Both the position numbers and the translations under genes were made by a program. From the NCBI GenBank assembly GCA_964016885.1, contig OZ024742.1, forward strand, positions 122,078,001 to 122,142,000: a stretch of 64,000 nucleotides of DNA, written 5' to 3'. This document shows positions 40,120-53,700 of this stretch, one piece after another. The stretch's first letter is position 1, and every line of letters starts with the position of its first letter. Under the pieces are notes generated by a model. It saw only the letters and a program-made list of their open reading frames with translations. It made no database searches and was not told the DNA's origin. This DNA comes from Eledone cirrhosa (Eukaryota).

Positions 40120-42848
40120 GGGAAGAAGACGCACGAGGTGGCGGAGGTCATGAAATCGCTCCCGTAAGTTTTGAATTTTTAACATATTTAAATCATTTGT
40201 GAAATAACAACTCTTAGTACAAATGCTACGTAAAGCACCCGGCTTGAGCCCAAAAAAATTCGGACCCAAAATATATTGTTATAAGGCTCAAATATTCAAA
40301 TATTCAACTTTGTATTGTACACTGTATATCCAAAAAAGAAAATGGCTATAAATGGAAGAAGACCGCCCCTCCTCTCCTCTGTCTACACTATATAGAACAG
40401 CCAAACTCACCAACACCAGAAACTAGATACACCACCCACCTCATCACCTGTGTACACTAAACACAACAGCCAGATAACGGCAATTTCACCACCACCGCTC
40501 ACTACTGCCATCATTACCACCACTATCCCATCACCACTCCTTCACTCCTTCACTGCTACCACCGCTACAACACCATCACCACAGTAATACGATCACATCG
40601 CCACCACCACTGCCTCGGTATCGACATCACCACCACCACTGTCTCAGTATCGCTACCGCCGCCAGTCTCCCACTTCTCCCAGCTGGCTGCTGCCACCACA
40701 TTATAGAATTCCTACTACTAAAAAAGAGGAAGGCATCAAAATAAATATATAGATAGACTCAAAAGAAAAAAGAAAAAAACAAACAACAAAACCAAAGCAG
40801 CACAGCAACAACAGCAAAAAACGAGAAAAACAAAAACAAAAAACGTAAAGAAAATAAGAATGAAGAGAGAAGCAGGCGGACGGACAGAGAAGAGTGGGGA
40901 AAAACTAAAACTTAAAAAACTAAAACTAAGTCAGACATTCGAACACTACATTACAATGAAACTTATGCTTATTCATTTTTGGGGCCCTTTCTGCCTGTGT
41001 GTTTGTTTGTTTATGTGTGTTCGTATACAGCGTGGTGATAATGCCACACAAGGGCCAAGTGGAACGGCGAATCCACAGATGGCTATGTAACCATACATTC
41101 GCCAATCCTCGATAAGAGTGTTTAAATATCGAACATAAACAGTTCGAATAACGGTGAAATGGAGACTAGAACGTCATGTGACAGACTCTCACCCAACAGG
41201 TGCCCCCTGGCTCAGCAGCAGGAACCTGACTGTCAACCAAATACTGCTGATGTTGGAGGAAGAAGAAGAAGGAAAGGGGCCAGAATCAACTGGACTAAAG
41301 AATTGAATAGAACTGTTATGCAATGTTACCTGAAAAGTAACCCCAAGGAGAGGGGCTACAGGAGACGGATGCATAACATCTGGAACGAGATTGGTCTATT
41401 TAAATTAGATGAACAAAAATTGGCCGTGCAGGCTCGGGTAATAAGAACTAATGGGTGGATAAGCGAGCTGGAACTGGAGGAACTGAGCAGAGAGAATGGC
41501 TTGGAGATGGCGGGTGTAGTATGCCAGACAAGCGAGCCAGTGGGAAATGAAGGTGAAGAGGTCCTGAGAACGGAAGAACCACCCGAAGCAGACAATGATC
41601 TGAATACTGAGATAAATAATACCTGGAACAGAGATACGGCCACTGAGGAGATGAATGCTGACGGGCTAGGACAAGATTCGGTTGACATCCTAAATTTAGT
41701 GGTAGATGAATTGAACAATGATAGTGGGAGACCTATGAACCTAAGATTTGTAGACAGGAAAAAGTTAAAAGAAACAACAGCTAAGGTAAACAAAGTCATC
41801 CCATACCTTGAGGCGAGGATCCTTCACCAGTGCAACAATATCCTCAAAGCAACAGCAAATACGGTGAGGAAACTACTTGGTATAAAAGCGAGAGGAAACA
41901 ACAGACAAGAAAGAGCAGAGCCGTGGTGGAAGAAACGACTGAGTGGTCAAATCGGGGAAATGAGAAATGACATAGGAAAGCTTGAGTCACTACTGAATGG
42001 GACACTAAAAAACATAGGCACTAAAAATAGACTGGGAATAAAGTACAAAACTAGGAGGAAAAAGCTAAATATTATCATAGAGGAACTGAAGCAACGCATT
42101 GTAGCAAAGAGTGCAAAAATCAGGCGATACGAGAACAGAGTCAGTCAGTATGAACAGAACCGCATGTTCGACAACAACCAGAAGATGCTGTTTGGACAGC
42201 TTGAGGGGAAAGAAAGAGGCAACGACTTGAACCCTGGGGCGTTAACCCGAGTGTTAACACCTAGCCCAGACCCACTATAAGGGCTGGAGACATGATGTGA
42301 TGGGCAGGGTGATCCACTGGCACCTGTGCAAAGTGAACAGTTTACCACATTCTCAGAAATGGTATGATCATAGGCCAGAGGCGGTGACGGAGAACGATCA
42401 GGTGAAGGTGCTGTGGGATTTTAGGATACAGACGGACAAGAAACTGGAACACAATAGACCTGACCTGGTGGTTGTGGACAAAGAAAAAAAATCGTGTCTG
42501 ATTGTGGATGTGGCCTGCCCATTCGACACGAGAGTGCAAGAGAAGGAGAGGGAGAAAATTAACCGATACCAGGACCTAAAGTGGGAGGTGAAAAGGATTT
42601 GGAACTGCCATGAAGTCAAAGTGATCCCGATTGTCATAGGCGCACTGGGGACTATCTCCAAAAGTTTCCATGGATGGTTAAAGAAAATCGGCCCCGTCAC
42701 GCTTTTTGGAACGCTTCAAAAGGCATGCTTGCTTGGAACAGCAAGAACCCTCCGATACGTCCTGAATATCTGAGGCTGCAGGTAGTGGCTTGATATTCAT
42801 TCCAACGGACTTTTCAGTTAACCAACATCAATGACTGAGATTCAAGGA
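40120..42848 (+). mobile_element. R4/Dong LINE family B, RT-deleted copy
   Basis: Collinear with 44035-48920 but lacks ~1.8 kb (junction ~42245). Retains N-terminal ORF 41159-42280 and RLE ORF 42297-42773 (HNRPDL, VDVACPFD, EKINRYQDL). (TAA)n tail. Confidence 0.92.
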
Positions 42849-42856
42849 ATAACAAC

Positions 42857-42887
<31 letters not shown>

Positions 42888-42888
<1 letters not shown>

Positions 42889-44020
42889 GTCCAGTTAGAC
42901 ATTGCGTTGAAAACTGCAACAATTGGATTATCTACATATCTAAGGGAATCACATGATTGGATGATCAAACTCGTTTTGAAACACGAAAGCATCAAAAGAT
43001 CGTATTCCATTACCAAAGATGCACAAAGATACAGTAATGGACTACAAATTTCAGAAGTCCCATTTACTGCTGAAATGGAAAACACAGAAAAAGCAAAGCA
43101 GGCAAAAGTAACTGCAAAGAAAGAACTGCTACAGAAACTGGCTAAGAAATGGCAAGAAAAGCCTCTGTATAGAAAATAACCAGAACCAGCTAACAATCCT
43201 GATGTTGACAAAACTTTAACCCATCAGTGGTTGGTATCCTCTGGACTGAAATCGGAGACTGAAGGACTGATTATATCAGCACAAGATCAGTGTCTGCCAA
43301 CAACAAATTACCCAGCCAACATAATAAATAATGGATGCAGCCCATTATGCCGTGTATGCAAAAAACAACCAGAGACCATTGACCATATAATTTCAATGTG
43401 TAGTCCTATAGCTCCAACCGAATACCCAAACAGGCATGACAGAGCTGCACACTACATACATTGGATAATGTGTAAGCATTTTGACCTGCCCCATCAAAAG
43501 AATTGGTGGGAGCATCAACCACCTCCCATACTTCAAAAAAATCACATCTCAATCTTGTGGAACTTTAGCATCCAGACCGAAAAATATATGCAAATAGACC
43601 TGATATACTATTGAAGGACTTTAAAAAGAGGGTATGCCTGCTAATTGATATGTCCCTTCCAAGACAAGAATGTATCTATAAAAACATTTGAAAAATTGAG
43701 CAAGTATAAGGACCTGGAGATAGAAATTGGAAAAATGTGGAAATTGAGAACTAAAACAATACCAGTGGTTGTAGGCGCTCTGGGAATGATACCTAAGGGG
43801 TCTAATGATAAGAGAAATACAAAAGATAGTACTAATGGGAACTGCCCATATACTAAGGAAGATTCTGTCAATATAAGTACATCACAAGTCTAAACACTAA
43901 AGATGCATGTGTGAGTATGTATGTTCTTTCTTGAACATGGCGGACCTTGTTGTCTCTTGAGGTCACTGGCTGTGACTTGATGATAACTCCTATGAACATA
44001 AATCAAGATAAATGCAACTG
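42888..44020 (+). mobile_element. R4/Dong LINE family A, 5'-truncated copy (CCHC, RLE, 3' UTR)
   Basis: Near-identical to 1-680 (-). CRVCKKQPETIDHIISMC, NRPD and EKLSKYKDL..VVVGALG. (TAA)n on both sides. Confidence 0.92.
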
Positions 44021-44034
44021 TAATAATAATAATA

Positions 44035-47000
44035 GGGAAGAATAGGGAAGAAGACGCACATGGTGGATAGAAGGTCGTGAAATCGCTCCCGTAAGTTTTG
44101 ATTTTTAACATATTTAAATCAATTGTGAAATAACAATTCTTAATACAAATGATACATAAAGCATCCGGCTTAAGTCCCCCAAAAATTCGGATCCATAACA
44201 TATTGTTATATCGCTCAAATATTCAATTTTGTATTATACATTTTATATTCAAAAAAGAAAATGGTTATAAATGGAAGAAAACCCCTCTGTCTACACTACA
44301 TAGAACAGCCAAATAACAGCAATTTCACCAACACCAGAAACTAGATACACCACCTACCCTATCACCCCTCTGTGTACACTAAACACAACAGCCAGATAAC
44401 GGCAATTTCACCACCACTACCACCAATCTCAGCATAATAATAATAATTACTATTATTATTATCACAAGTTTTAACAAAATGTTTAATTCCAATATTAAGA
44501 GAATATGTCAACACATATAGGCGACTAACCCCATAGATTCACCGATCAAACAAAAATACAGGCTATTCAACAAAACTCAGTAACGACAACGCCATCACTA
44601 CAGTCACCGCCGCCGCCGCCCATCCATCATTACTACCACTATCCCATCACCGCCGCCACCACTCCTTCATTGCTACCACCGCTATCCCCCATTACCTTCT
44701 GTTAACTTACGAAAGGAGAAGATGGCGGTATCACTAGACAATATTAATAAACAAGATTTATATTTAATTTTGGATCAGGAATGTTAGAGTCGAAAAGGAG
44801 GAAAATGACAAAATGACTAAATAACTTAAGATAATTTCACCACCAACACCACCACCACTACCACGATGAAAACTCTGGTCAAGTCGACTCAATCGCTATT
44901 CCTATTCCAACTTCAACACCATCACTACAGTAATACGATCACATCAACACCACCACTGCCTCATTATCGCTACCGCCGCTATTCTCTCCCACCACCTCCT
45001 GTTAGTTGCTGCTAGCACAGCAGCACCACCACCACCACCACCACCACTGCCTCATTATCACTACCGCCGCTATTCTCACCCGCTACCCCTGCTACATCGT
45101 AGAATCCCCACTAAAAGAGGAAACCATCAAAATATATAAATAGACTGAATTGATGACCCGGTCCAAAAAAAAAAAAATCAAATTCAAAGCAGCAAAGCAA
45201 CAACGAAAAACGTAAAGAAAATAAAAATGAAGAGAAAAACAAACAGACGGACAGAGAAGGGAAGGGAAAAACTAAGTCAGACATTCAAACACTACCTTAC
45301 AATGAAACTTATGCTTATTCATTTTGGTGTTTTTTTTGCCTGTTTGTTTGTTAGATTATTTATGTTCGTCTACAGCGTGATAATGCCACACAAAAATCAC
45401 GTGGAGTGACGAAACCACCGGAGCCCATGAATAACACGGTAAGAGTGTTTAAATGTCGAACCTAAACAGTTCGAATAACGGTGAAATGGAGACTAGAATG
45501 TCATGTGACAGACTCTCACCCAACAGGTGCTCCCTGGCTCAGCAGCAGGGACCTGGCTGTCAACCAAATACTGCTGGTGTCGGAGGAAGAAGAAGAAGGA
45601 AAGGGACCAGAACCAACTGGACGAAAGAATTGAATAGAACTGTTATGCAATGTTACCTGAAGAGTAACCCCAAGGAGAAAGGCTATAGGAAACGGATGCA
45701 TAACATCTGGAACGAGATTGGTCTATTTGAATTAGATGAACAAAAATTGGCCGGCCAGGCTCGGGTAATAAGAACTAATGGGTGGATAAGCGAGCTGGAA
45801 CTGGAAGAACTGAGCAGAGAGATTAGCTTGGAGATGGAGAGTGGAGTATGCCAGACAAACGAGCCAGTGGGAAATGAAGGTGAAGAGGTCGAGAGAACGG
45901 AGGAACCACCCGAAGCAGACAATGATCTGAATGCTGAAATAAATAATACCTGGAACAGAGATACGGCCACTGAGGAGATGAATGCTGATGGGCTAGGACA
46001 ATATTTGGTTGATATCCTAAACTTAGTGGTAGATGAAATGAACAATGATAGTGGGAAACCTATGAACCTAAGATTTGTAGACAGGAAAAAGTTAAAAGAA
46101 ACAACAGCTAAGGTAAACAAAGTCATCCCATACCTTGAGGCGAGGAGCCTTCACCAGTGCAACATTATCGTCGAAGCAACAGCAAATACGGTGAGGAAAC
46201 TACTTGGTATAAAAGCGAGAGGAAACAACAGACAAGAAAGAGCAGAGCCTTGGTGGAAGAAACGACTGAGTGGTCAAATCACGGAAATGACAAATGACAT
46301 TGGAAAGCTTGAGTCCCTACTGAATGGGACACTAAAAAACATAGACACCAAAAATAGACTGGAAATAATGTACAAAACTAGGAGGAAAAAGCTAAATATT
46401 ATCATAGAGGAACTGAAGCAACGCATTGTAGCAAAGAGTGCAAAAATCAGGCGATACGAGAACAGAGTCAGTCAGTATAGACAGAACCGCATGTTCGACA
46501 ACAACCAGAAGATGTTGTTTGGACAGCTTGAAGGGAAAGAAAGAGGCAACGACTTGATCCCTGAGGCGGAACAAACTAAAGCATTCTGGAGAGGAATATG
46601 GGAGCAGGATGTTACACATAATGACCAGGCAGTGTGGATTGAGACAGTACAGAAGGAGATTAGTGAACAGGCACACCAACAAACTGATTTGAGTATCACA
46701 GTTGAAACTCTTAAGGGGCAGGCCAAAAAACTAACCAACTGGAAATCACCAGGCCCAAATGGTGTGCAGGGGTATTGGATTAAAAACATATCATCCCTCC
46801 ATCCGAAACTGACAACCATGTTCAATGACTGCTTGATGTCAGGTGAGGTACCAGAGTGGTTGACAAAAGGTACCACAGTTCTGATAATGGATGACCTAAT
46901 CAAGGGTAATGATGTTACCAACTATAGAGCTATCACATGTCTGTCCGTAATGTGGAAACTGTTGACAAGCATTATGTCTGAGGAAATCTTCCATCACCTC

Positions 47001-48920
47001 CAAACTAACAACTGGTTACCGGACGAAAAGTAAGGATGCCGAAAGAAGTCACGTGGTACAAAGGACCAGTTACTTATTGATAAGATGGTAATGAGGAATT
47101 GCAAGAGGAGACACACTGGTCTTGCCATGGGATGGATAGACTACAAAAAGGCATTTGACATGGTGCCTCATTCTTGGATCACCAAAAGCCTGGAGATCTT
47201 CAAGGTGGCAGATAACATCAGACAGTTGTTGGGCAAAAGTATGAAGTCCTGGGAAACAGAGTTAACAGCAACTGGACAATCCTTGGGAAGCATGAAGATC
47301 AAGAGAGGTATCTTCCAGGGAGATAGTCTGTCCCCTATATTGTTTGTCCTTGCCCTGATGCCCCTGACCAGTGTACTGCGAAAGGTGAGAGCAGGATACA
47401 GGTTGGGAAAGAGCGGGCTTACCATCAATCACCTCCTCTTCATGGACGATCTTAAACTCTTCGGGAAGAGTGAGAAGGAGTTGGATGTGGTTGTTGACAT
47501 TGTCCGTATTTTCAGCAATGATATATGTATGCAATTTGGTTTTAGTAAGTGTGGATTCATTGTCATGAAGAGGGGTAAGTTGAGCAGAAGTAACGGAATC
47601 CAGGTACCAACAGGTGAGATGATAAAGGAAATTGACTCTGAAGAAGGATACAAGTATTTGGGCATTCTGGAGGCTGATGACATCAAGAACAAAAAAATGA
47701 AGGAATTGATAAGAACTGAATACATTCGGAGAGTAAGGAGCGTATTAAAGTCACATCTGAACAGTAGGAATGCCATAAGTGCAGTAAATTTCCGAGCTGT
47801 GTCTATTATTATGTACAGTGCGGGAATTCTGAGATGGAATGTTGCTGAACAAAAAGAAATGGATAGGAAGAGTAGGAAACTATTGACTATCTACAACATG
47901 TTCCACAAGAGGAGTGATGTTGATAGACTCTACTTAAGGAGATCTGAAGGTGGAATAGGTCTTATCAGCATAGAGGACTGTGTTCAGATGGAGAAAAACA
48001 ACCTACACAAATACGTGACTGATAGTAAGGAGCCAATGCTCAGAACTATACTGAAGGAGGGGACAATAGGCCAGGGGATATCCAAGGAGGAAATAACATC
48101 AAGGAGAAAGAGCAGCCTTCAGGAAAAATCCCTTCATAGTACCTTCTTTGAGAAAACTGAATTTAGAGATCCACAGACATGGAACTGGTTGAAAAGAGGA
48201 GACCTTAAAAAAGGGTACAGAAGGAATGTTAATGGCTGCGCAGGAGCAGGCCCTCAAAACGAAGTGGTTGAAACACTATATTTACAAGGAGGAGGCTAGC
48301 CCACAGTGCAGGATCTGTGGAGAGAGAGAGGAGACTGTGGCTCACATTGTATCCGAGTGTAAACACCTAGCCCAGACTCACTATAAGGGCTGGAGACATG
48401 ATGTGATGGGCAGGGTGATCCACTGGCACCTATGCAAAGTAAACAATTTACCACATTCTGAGAAGTCGTATGAGCATAAGCCAGAGGCGGTGATAGAAAA
48501 CGATCAGGTGAAGGTGCTGTGGGATTTTAGGATACAGACGGACAAGAAACTAGAACACAATAGACCTGACCTGGTGGTTTTGGACAAAGAAAAAAGATCG
48601 TACCTGATTGTGGATGTGGCCTGCCCATTCGACATGAGAGTGCAAGAGAACGAGAGGGAGAAAATTAACCGATACCAGGACTTAAAGTGGGAGGTAAAAA
48701 GGATTTGGAACTGCCATGAAATCAAGGCCGTCCCGATTGTCATAGGTGCACTAGGTATTATCTCAAAGAGATTCCAAGGAACACTTCAAAAGGCATGCTT
48801 ACTGGGAACAGCAAGAACCCTCCGATACTTCGTGAATGTCTGAGGCTGCAAGTAGCGCCTTGATATTCATTGCAACAAACTTTCCAATTAAATAACCTCA
48901 ATGACTGAGACTCAAAGAAC
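44035..48920 (+). mobile_element. R4/Dong LINE family B, full-length, mildly decayed
   Basis: 1.4-kb 5' UTR, single RT-CCHC-RLE ORF, short 3' UTR, and (TAA)n at both ends. Confidence 0.95.
45453..48843 (+). pseudogene. Dong B polyprotein (N-domain, RT, CCHC, RLE) with one stop and one frameshift
   Basis: [58 protein letters not shown] and HNRPDL. TAA at 47031, frameshift near the A-run at ~48210, and a small deletion at ~48778 relative to the 42-kb copy. Confidence 0.93.
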
Positions 48921-48940
48921 AATAATAATAATAATAATAA

Positions 48941-49190
48941 TTGTTTCTACATTTGGCACAAGGCCAGTAATTACTCAGTACATTACTTGTACTTTATTTT
49001 ATCGAACCCGTCATGATGAAAGGCAAAGTTAAACTCGGCTGGATTTGAACTCAGAATAGAAAGGCCCGTAATTCTATGCGTCAAAGCATGGCGTCCGACC
49101 CTCTACCGATACTGCCAATCCAACAATAATAATTGTTTCTACTCTTGGCATAAGGCCAACAATTATCCCAATGCATTACTGGTACTTTAA
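48941..49190 (-). mobile_element. tRNA-derived SINE (48941-49123) plus 3' fragment of a second copy (49124-49190)
   Basis: Reverse complement of the 22-kb SINE. Its (ATT)n tail is the Dong (TAA)n tract. Confidence 0.9.
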
Positions 49191-49309
49191 TAATGATAAG
49201 GAGAAGGATGCACGTAGCAATATAACATCATTAAGTTAAGTGTGTGTTTGTGAATGCATGTATGCGGTTATATATATATGTGTATTTCAAGGAATTATTA
49301 TCATGTGCA

Positions 49310-49499
49310 TGATTGGCAGTATCGGTAGAGGGTCAGACACCATGCCTTGCAGCATTGCGTTACGGCCCTTTTATGGTCTGAGTTCAAATCCCGCCGAGGT
49401 TAACATTGCCTTTCATCCTTACGGGGTCGATAAAATAAAGTATCAGTAATACACTCGGATAATTGCTGGCCTCGTGCCAAAAGTAGAAACAATTATTAT
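49310..49499 (+). mobile_element. tRNA-derived SINE
   Basis: Near-complete match to the 22-kb units. Confidence 0.92.
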
Positions 49500-50979
49500 C
49501 ATGTGCAATATAAACATTATGTTCATTAAGGCATGTTACTTGAACCGATAATATCTGTAACAATTCATTGAAAAAATAATTTCCTTCGCCATATCTTTTA
49601 AATCCGGTGTTTATGAATCTAATAAGGTCTCAGTTGTAAACGGGTTTTAGCTTAACTAAAATACGCAGATAACATTGCGTCAGTCTGTTGTATGTATTTA
49701 TTTTAACACTATAACTAGACCGACTTTTATTTTATCACGGCTAATATCACATGAATACCAAGCAAATATATTCCTGTATGATAAAGTTTTGAATGGAGTA
49801 GAGAATAAATGAATGCAATTTCAAAATAAAAGTGTTACTCGAAGAAAGATTATATGATTTCAAACTTAGATAGCAGTTAATTAAATAAAAAATTGTAAAA
49901 TGAATGTAAGAGTTCGAAATAATACACGAGGAGTTGAATAATGTTATGTCAGCAGTTGCAATGAAATTTGTAAATACGAAAACCTCCAAACATTAATTGC
50001 AACATTAATGCCAACAAATGCATTGGCAAGAGGTTGCTTTGACGTGCAGACCCCTTTTAAAATGATTGACTCTAGTAAGATTGTCATTTACTACGTGTTA
50101 CGATCGAACGAAATAAATATAAGTTTGTAAAGGTGATGCTCGGGCCGAACTATATATATATATAATGGATTATCGAAGCGCTGTGTGATTTGAAATTTGA
50201 AAATGTGGGAGTTCCAAACGCAGAAAAAGCTGTTATTACATTCGCTGGCTGTAAATTATAGATTATTCTCTAGACCTTCTAACCATACAGCTTCAATATT
50301 GAACTCGTCATTTGTTTCCCATATTAGATCTTTTGCCGGGGCCCCTTTTACAGACATTGTGCTTTTCATATTGAAGCTAGGATAGATTGACTTGTGGTCT
50401 CTGGCAAACAAATTATGCGGCATTTACCGTTTATATGCTGCAGATTTATTTTATAGTTTTTCAGCTGTTGCTGTGAGTAGTTTCAGTTTGGAGTTTAGGG
50501 TTTAAAATCATGAATCTTCAAATCACCTCTTAAGTCTTCATAGTGTCATGTGAAATTCTTGTTTGAATTACATTTCATAACAACCGTGATCACTGGGATT
50601 CTTCTCCACTGGAATAAAATGTTATTTTGTAAGTTGCGTGCCTATACTGGTTTAACTGTTCTGCTTGTATCTAGATTGTGTGGCTTTAGTTCCCCACAGA
50701 ATGCCAGGAATGTGATAGCTGAGACATATATCAAACGTTTTATGGTATGGTTGTTTGTATAGCTCTGGAATGTGTAGCCTTCAGATAAGCGTCTGCTATT
50801 TCATTTACTAACTCCAATTCTAATTGATGGCCGAAAAAGGTGAACAAGCGTCACCTGGTGAGTTCGAGTGAAATGGGGGACGCAAGTCCAATTTTTCCGT
50901 CAATGGGGTCTTATATACCTCACGTTTAAAGCCTATTTTTCATAGGGAAAATTCTGCGTGGAAGATATTAATTTTAAGC

Positions 50980-50982
<3 letters not shown>

Positions 50983-51039
<57 letters not shown>

Positions 51040-51110
51040 CCACCCACCCACACACACATACACACACACACACACACGCACGCACACACACACACACACA
51101 CATATATATT
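50983..51110. repeat. (CA)n microsatellite
   Basis: Direct inspection. Confidence 0.97.
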
Positions 51111-52354
51111 ATAATTCGATAAATCACAGACGAAAATATCGGAAAACTGAAATATTTTAAGTGATACCGTAGTCAGTTTCTTAAAGTAAGTGGAATAGAT
51201 ATATTAATGAGATATGGAATTGTATTAAATTGAACTTATTCGGATAAATGTAAAAAAGAAAAAAAATAGAAGTTGAGTCGTGAAAGTAACACTAGTAACA
51301 GAGACTTAATAATCCCCGGTTTGTCACATTTATACATATATCAGACATTATGATGAGTTATGACTGATGATTTAGCTGATAACAGAGACAGACCAATTTC
51401 AATATATCTTCTTTGTATGAACACCAATAACGCTTCGAGGAACTTCGAGATTATACAATAAACAACCAGAAGCAAGACAAATTGTTTCCGAGAAGAAACA
51501 AATCTATTTTACAAGAAGACTTCAGCGCCAAAACTGGACTGGAACAATACCAATCGTGGTTTATTGTTGTGGAGTAGTTCTGGGTTGGAGAAACAGAATG
51601 TCAATAATATTACAAATAAAATCAGTGCCTGCTATCGGAGACATCAGATGGAAGTCCAACCATGGAAAAAAAAAGATGATGAGATTCTAGAACAACATGT
51701 GTGAGCCTGATAATATCACAAGGTAATAAAAACGATGGTTAATTCGCGTGAGAAAGAATGTGTGATTGTGTGTATGTATGTGTGTGTGGGGGTAAGATGC
51801 ATGTATGTGTGTGATAGAATGCATGTATGTATGTGTGGGAGTATGGGTGAGAAAGAGAATGATAGACAATTCGTATTTGTAGCTAAACTTTCATTGTATG
51901 CTTTCACTAAACACTTATGAGAAAGGAGAGATCATTTAGTGGGTTTTATAACATGAAAAGCAACAAGATCAACACTGCCCAACAATGAGAAGATATTCAC
52001 AACAGTAGTAAGAGCAATAAGAACAGGAAAAGTTCACCCTCCCAAGAAATAGTTAACTCGACATATTGTAACATAAGACTAAAGCATGAATAGGAAATTG
52101 AATCCTTTTAAAGCTTTGGAAAATCCCTGATGAAATAATTGAAATGAGACAATGGCGATTTGTGAAATGAACCTCTCTATGAAACTCTGCCTATCTCTCA
52201 TTCTATCTTTTTCGCTATATATATATATATATTAAATGACACTGCTTCAAATCATGAAGTGGACAGTAGGAAGCAAATGACATTGAAGAAGGAAATGAAG
52301 TGCATATATCACCTCAAGAGAAGAGGAAATTACAGATAAGCAGCCGTGTTATCA

Positions 52355-52560
52355 CTATTAGTATTATTAACATTATTATTATTACCATCATCATCATCAT
52401 CATCATCATCATCATAAAACTCCACCATCGCCCTTTCCTCCTCCTCCTCCTCCGCTTTATTGTCACCAAAAGTAGCAACAGCAGCAGCATTAATGGTAGT
52501 AGTAGTAACCTTTGCATTAACTGCAGCAACAACAATATCCAATGTCACCGCCGCCACTGC
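52355..52560. repeat. Compound trinucleotide tract (ATT, CAT, CCT, CAG, TAG)
   Basis: Direct inspection. Confidence 0.85.
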
Positions 52561-52866
52561 ATTACACTGCAATTTCCACATGCTGTATCAGCGTAGTAGT
52601 ATGACAGCAGAAATAGTAGTGACAGTTTTTCGACATTTAATCAACATCCGGTATTGTAGAAAGTTTGAACATTGAACGAATTGCCTTCCAATACATAATA
52701 GATGATTTCAACTAAGATCGGCTTATATAACGGATAATCCAATAAATAACTCTATCTGTTGCTGTTATATAATTTCACTGATCTGTTTAAGTTAACAACA
52801 ACCCTATTTTCTAATATTCAATCTACTTACCAACCTACCTATCTATCGTTCTACATATTTATCCCT

Positions 52867-53238
<372 letters not shown>

Positions 53239-53330
53239 GCAAGGTTATATTTAATTTGTTAGGCTTCAACAAGCTTAAACATTTTTATAGCTGATATAAA
53301 GCACTCAACAGTTTAGTGAAGTAAATACAC

Positions 53331-53559
53331 AATATATTAATAAATGGAAACTATATTTTTAAAACCATATTTATTTTATTATACATATTTCAAGGGAAAC
53401 CAAGGCAAATTATGGTGCGTTTTCATCGGATAAAATACAGATTTGTTTTATAAACAAATCTGTATTTTATCTGATGAAAGCTTACCATAATTTGCCTTGG
53501 TTGCCCTTGAAATAAATATAAAATAAATATGATTTTATAAATATAGTTTCCATTTATTA

Positions 53560-53566
<7 letters not shown>
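53331..53566. mobile_element. 236-bp fold-back palindrome of a PLE terminal repeat, one hammerhead per arm
   Basis: Apex at ~53450 (atttgttt ta t aaacaaat). Hammerheads at 53374-53435 (-) and 53465-53523 (+). The arm is homologous to 54262-54378. Confidence 0.88.
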
Positions 53567-53599
<33 letters not shown>

Positions 53600-53602
53600 T
53601 GT

Positions 53603-53694
<92 letters not shown>

Positions 53695-53700
53695 TTGTGT
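53567..53700. repeat. (TA)n/(TG)n microsatellite
   Basis: Direct inspection. Confidence 0.97.

Noticed and set aside
41030-41120. HDV-like ribozyme in the Dong B 5' UTR (TCCTCG near a GGCGAAT/ATTCGCC stem)
   Set aside because: No P3/P1 nesting can be built, and the segment is not conserved in the second B copy.
52300-52675. Homopolymer-rich ORFs as a host exon
   Set aside because: Compound triplet repeats are open in several frames on both strands, with no domain and no convincing splice sites.
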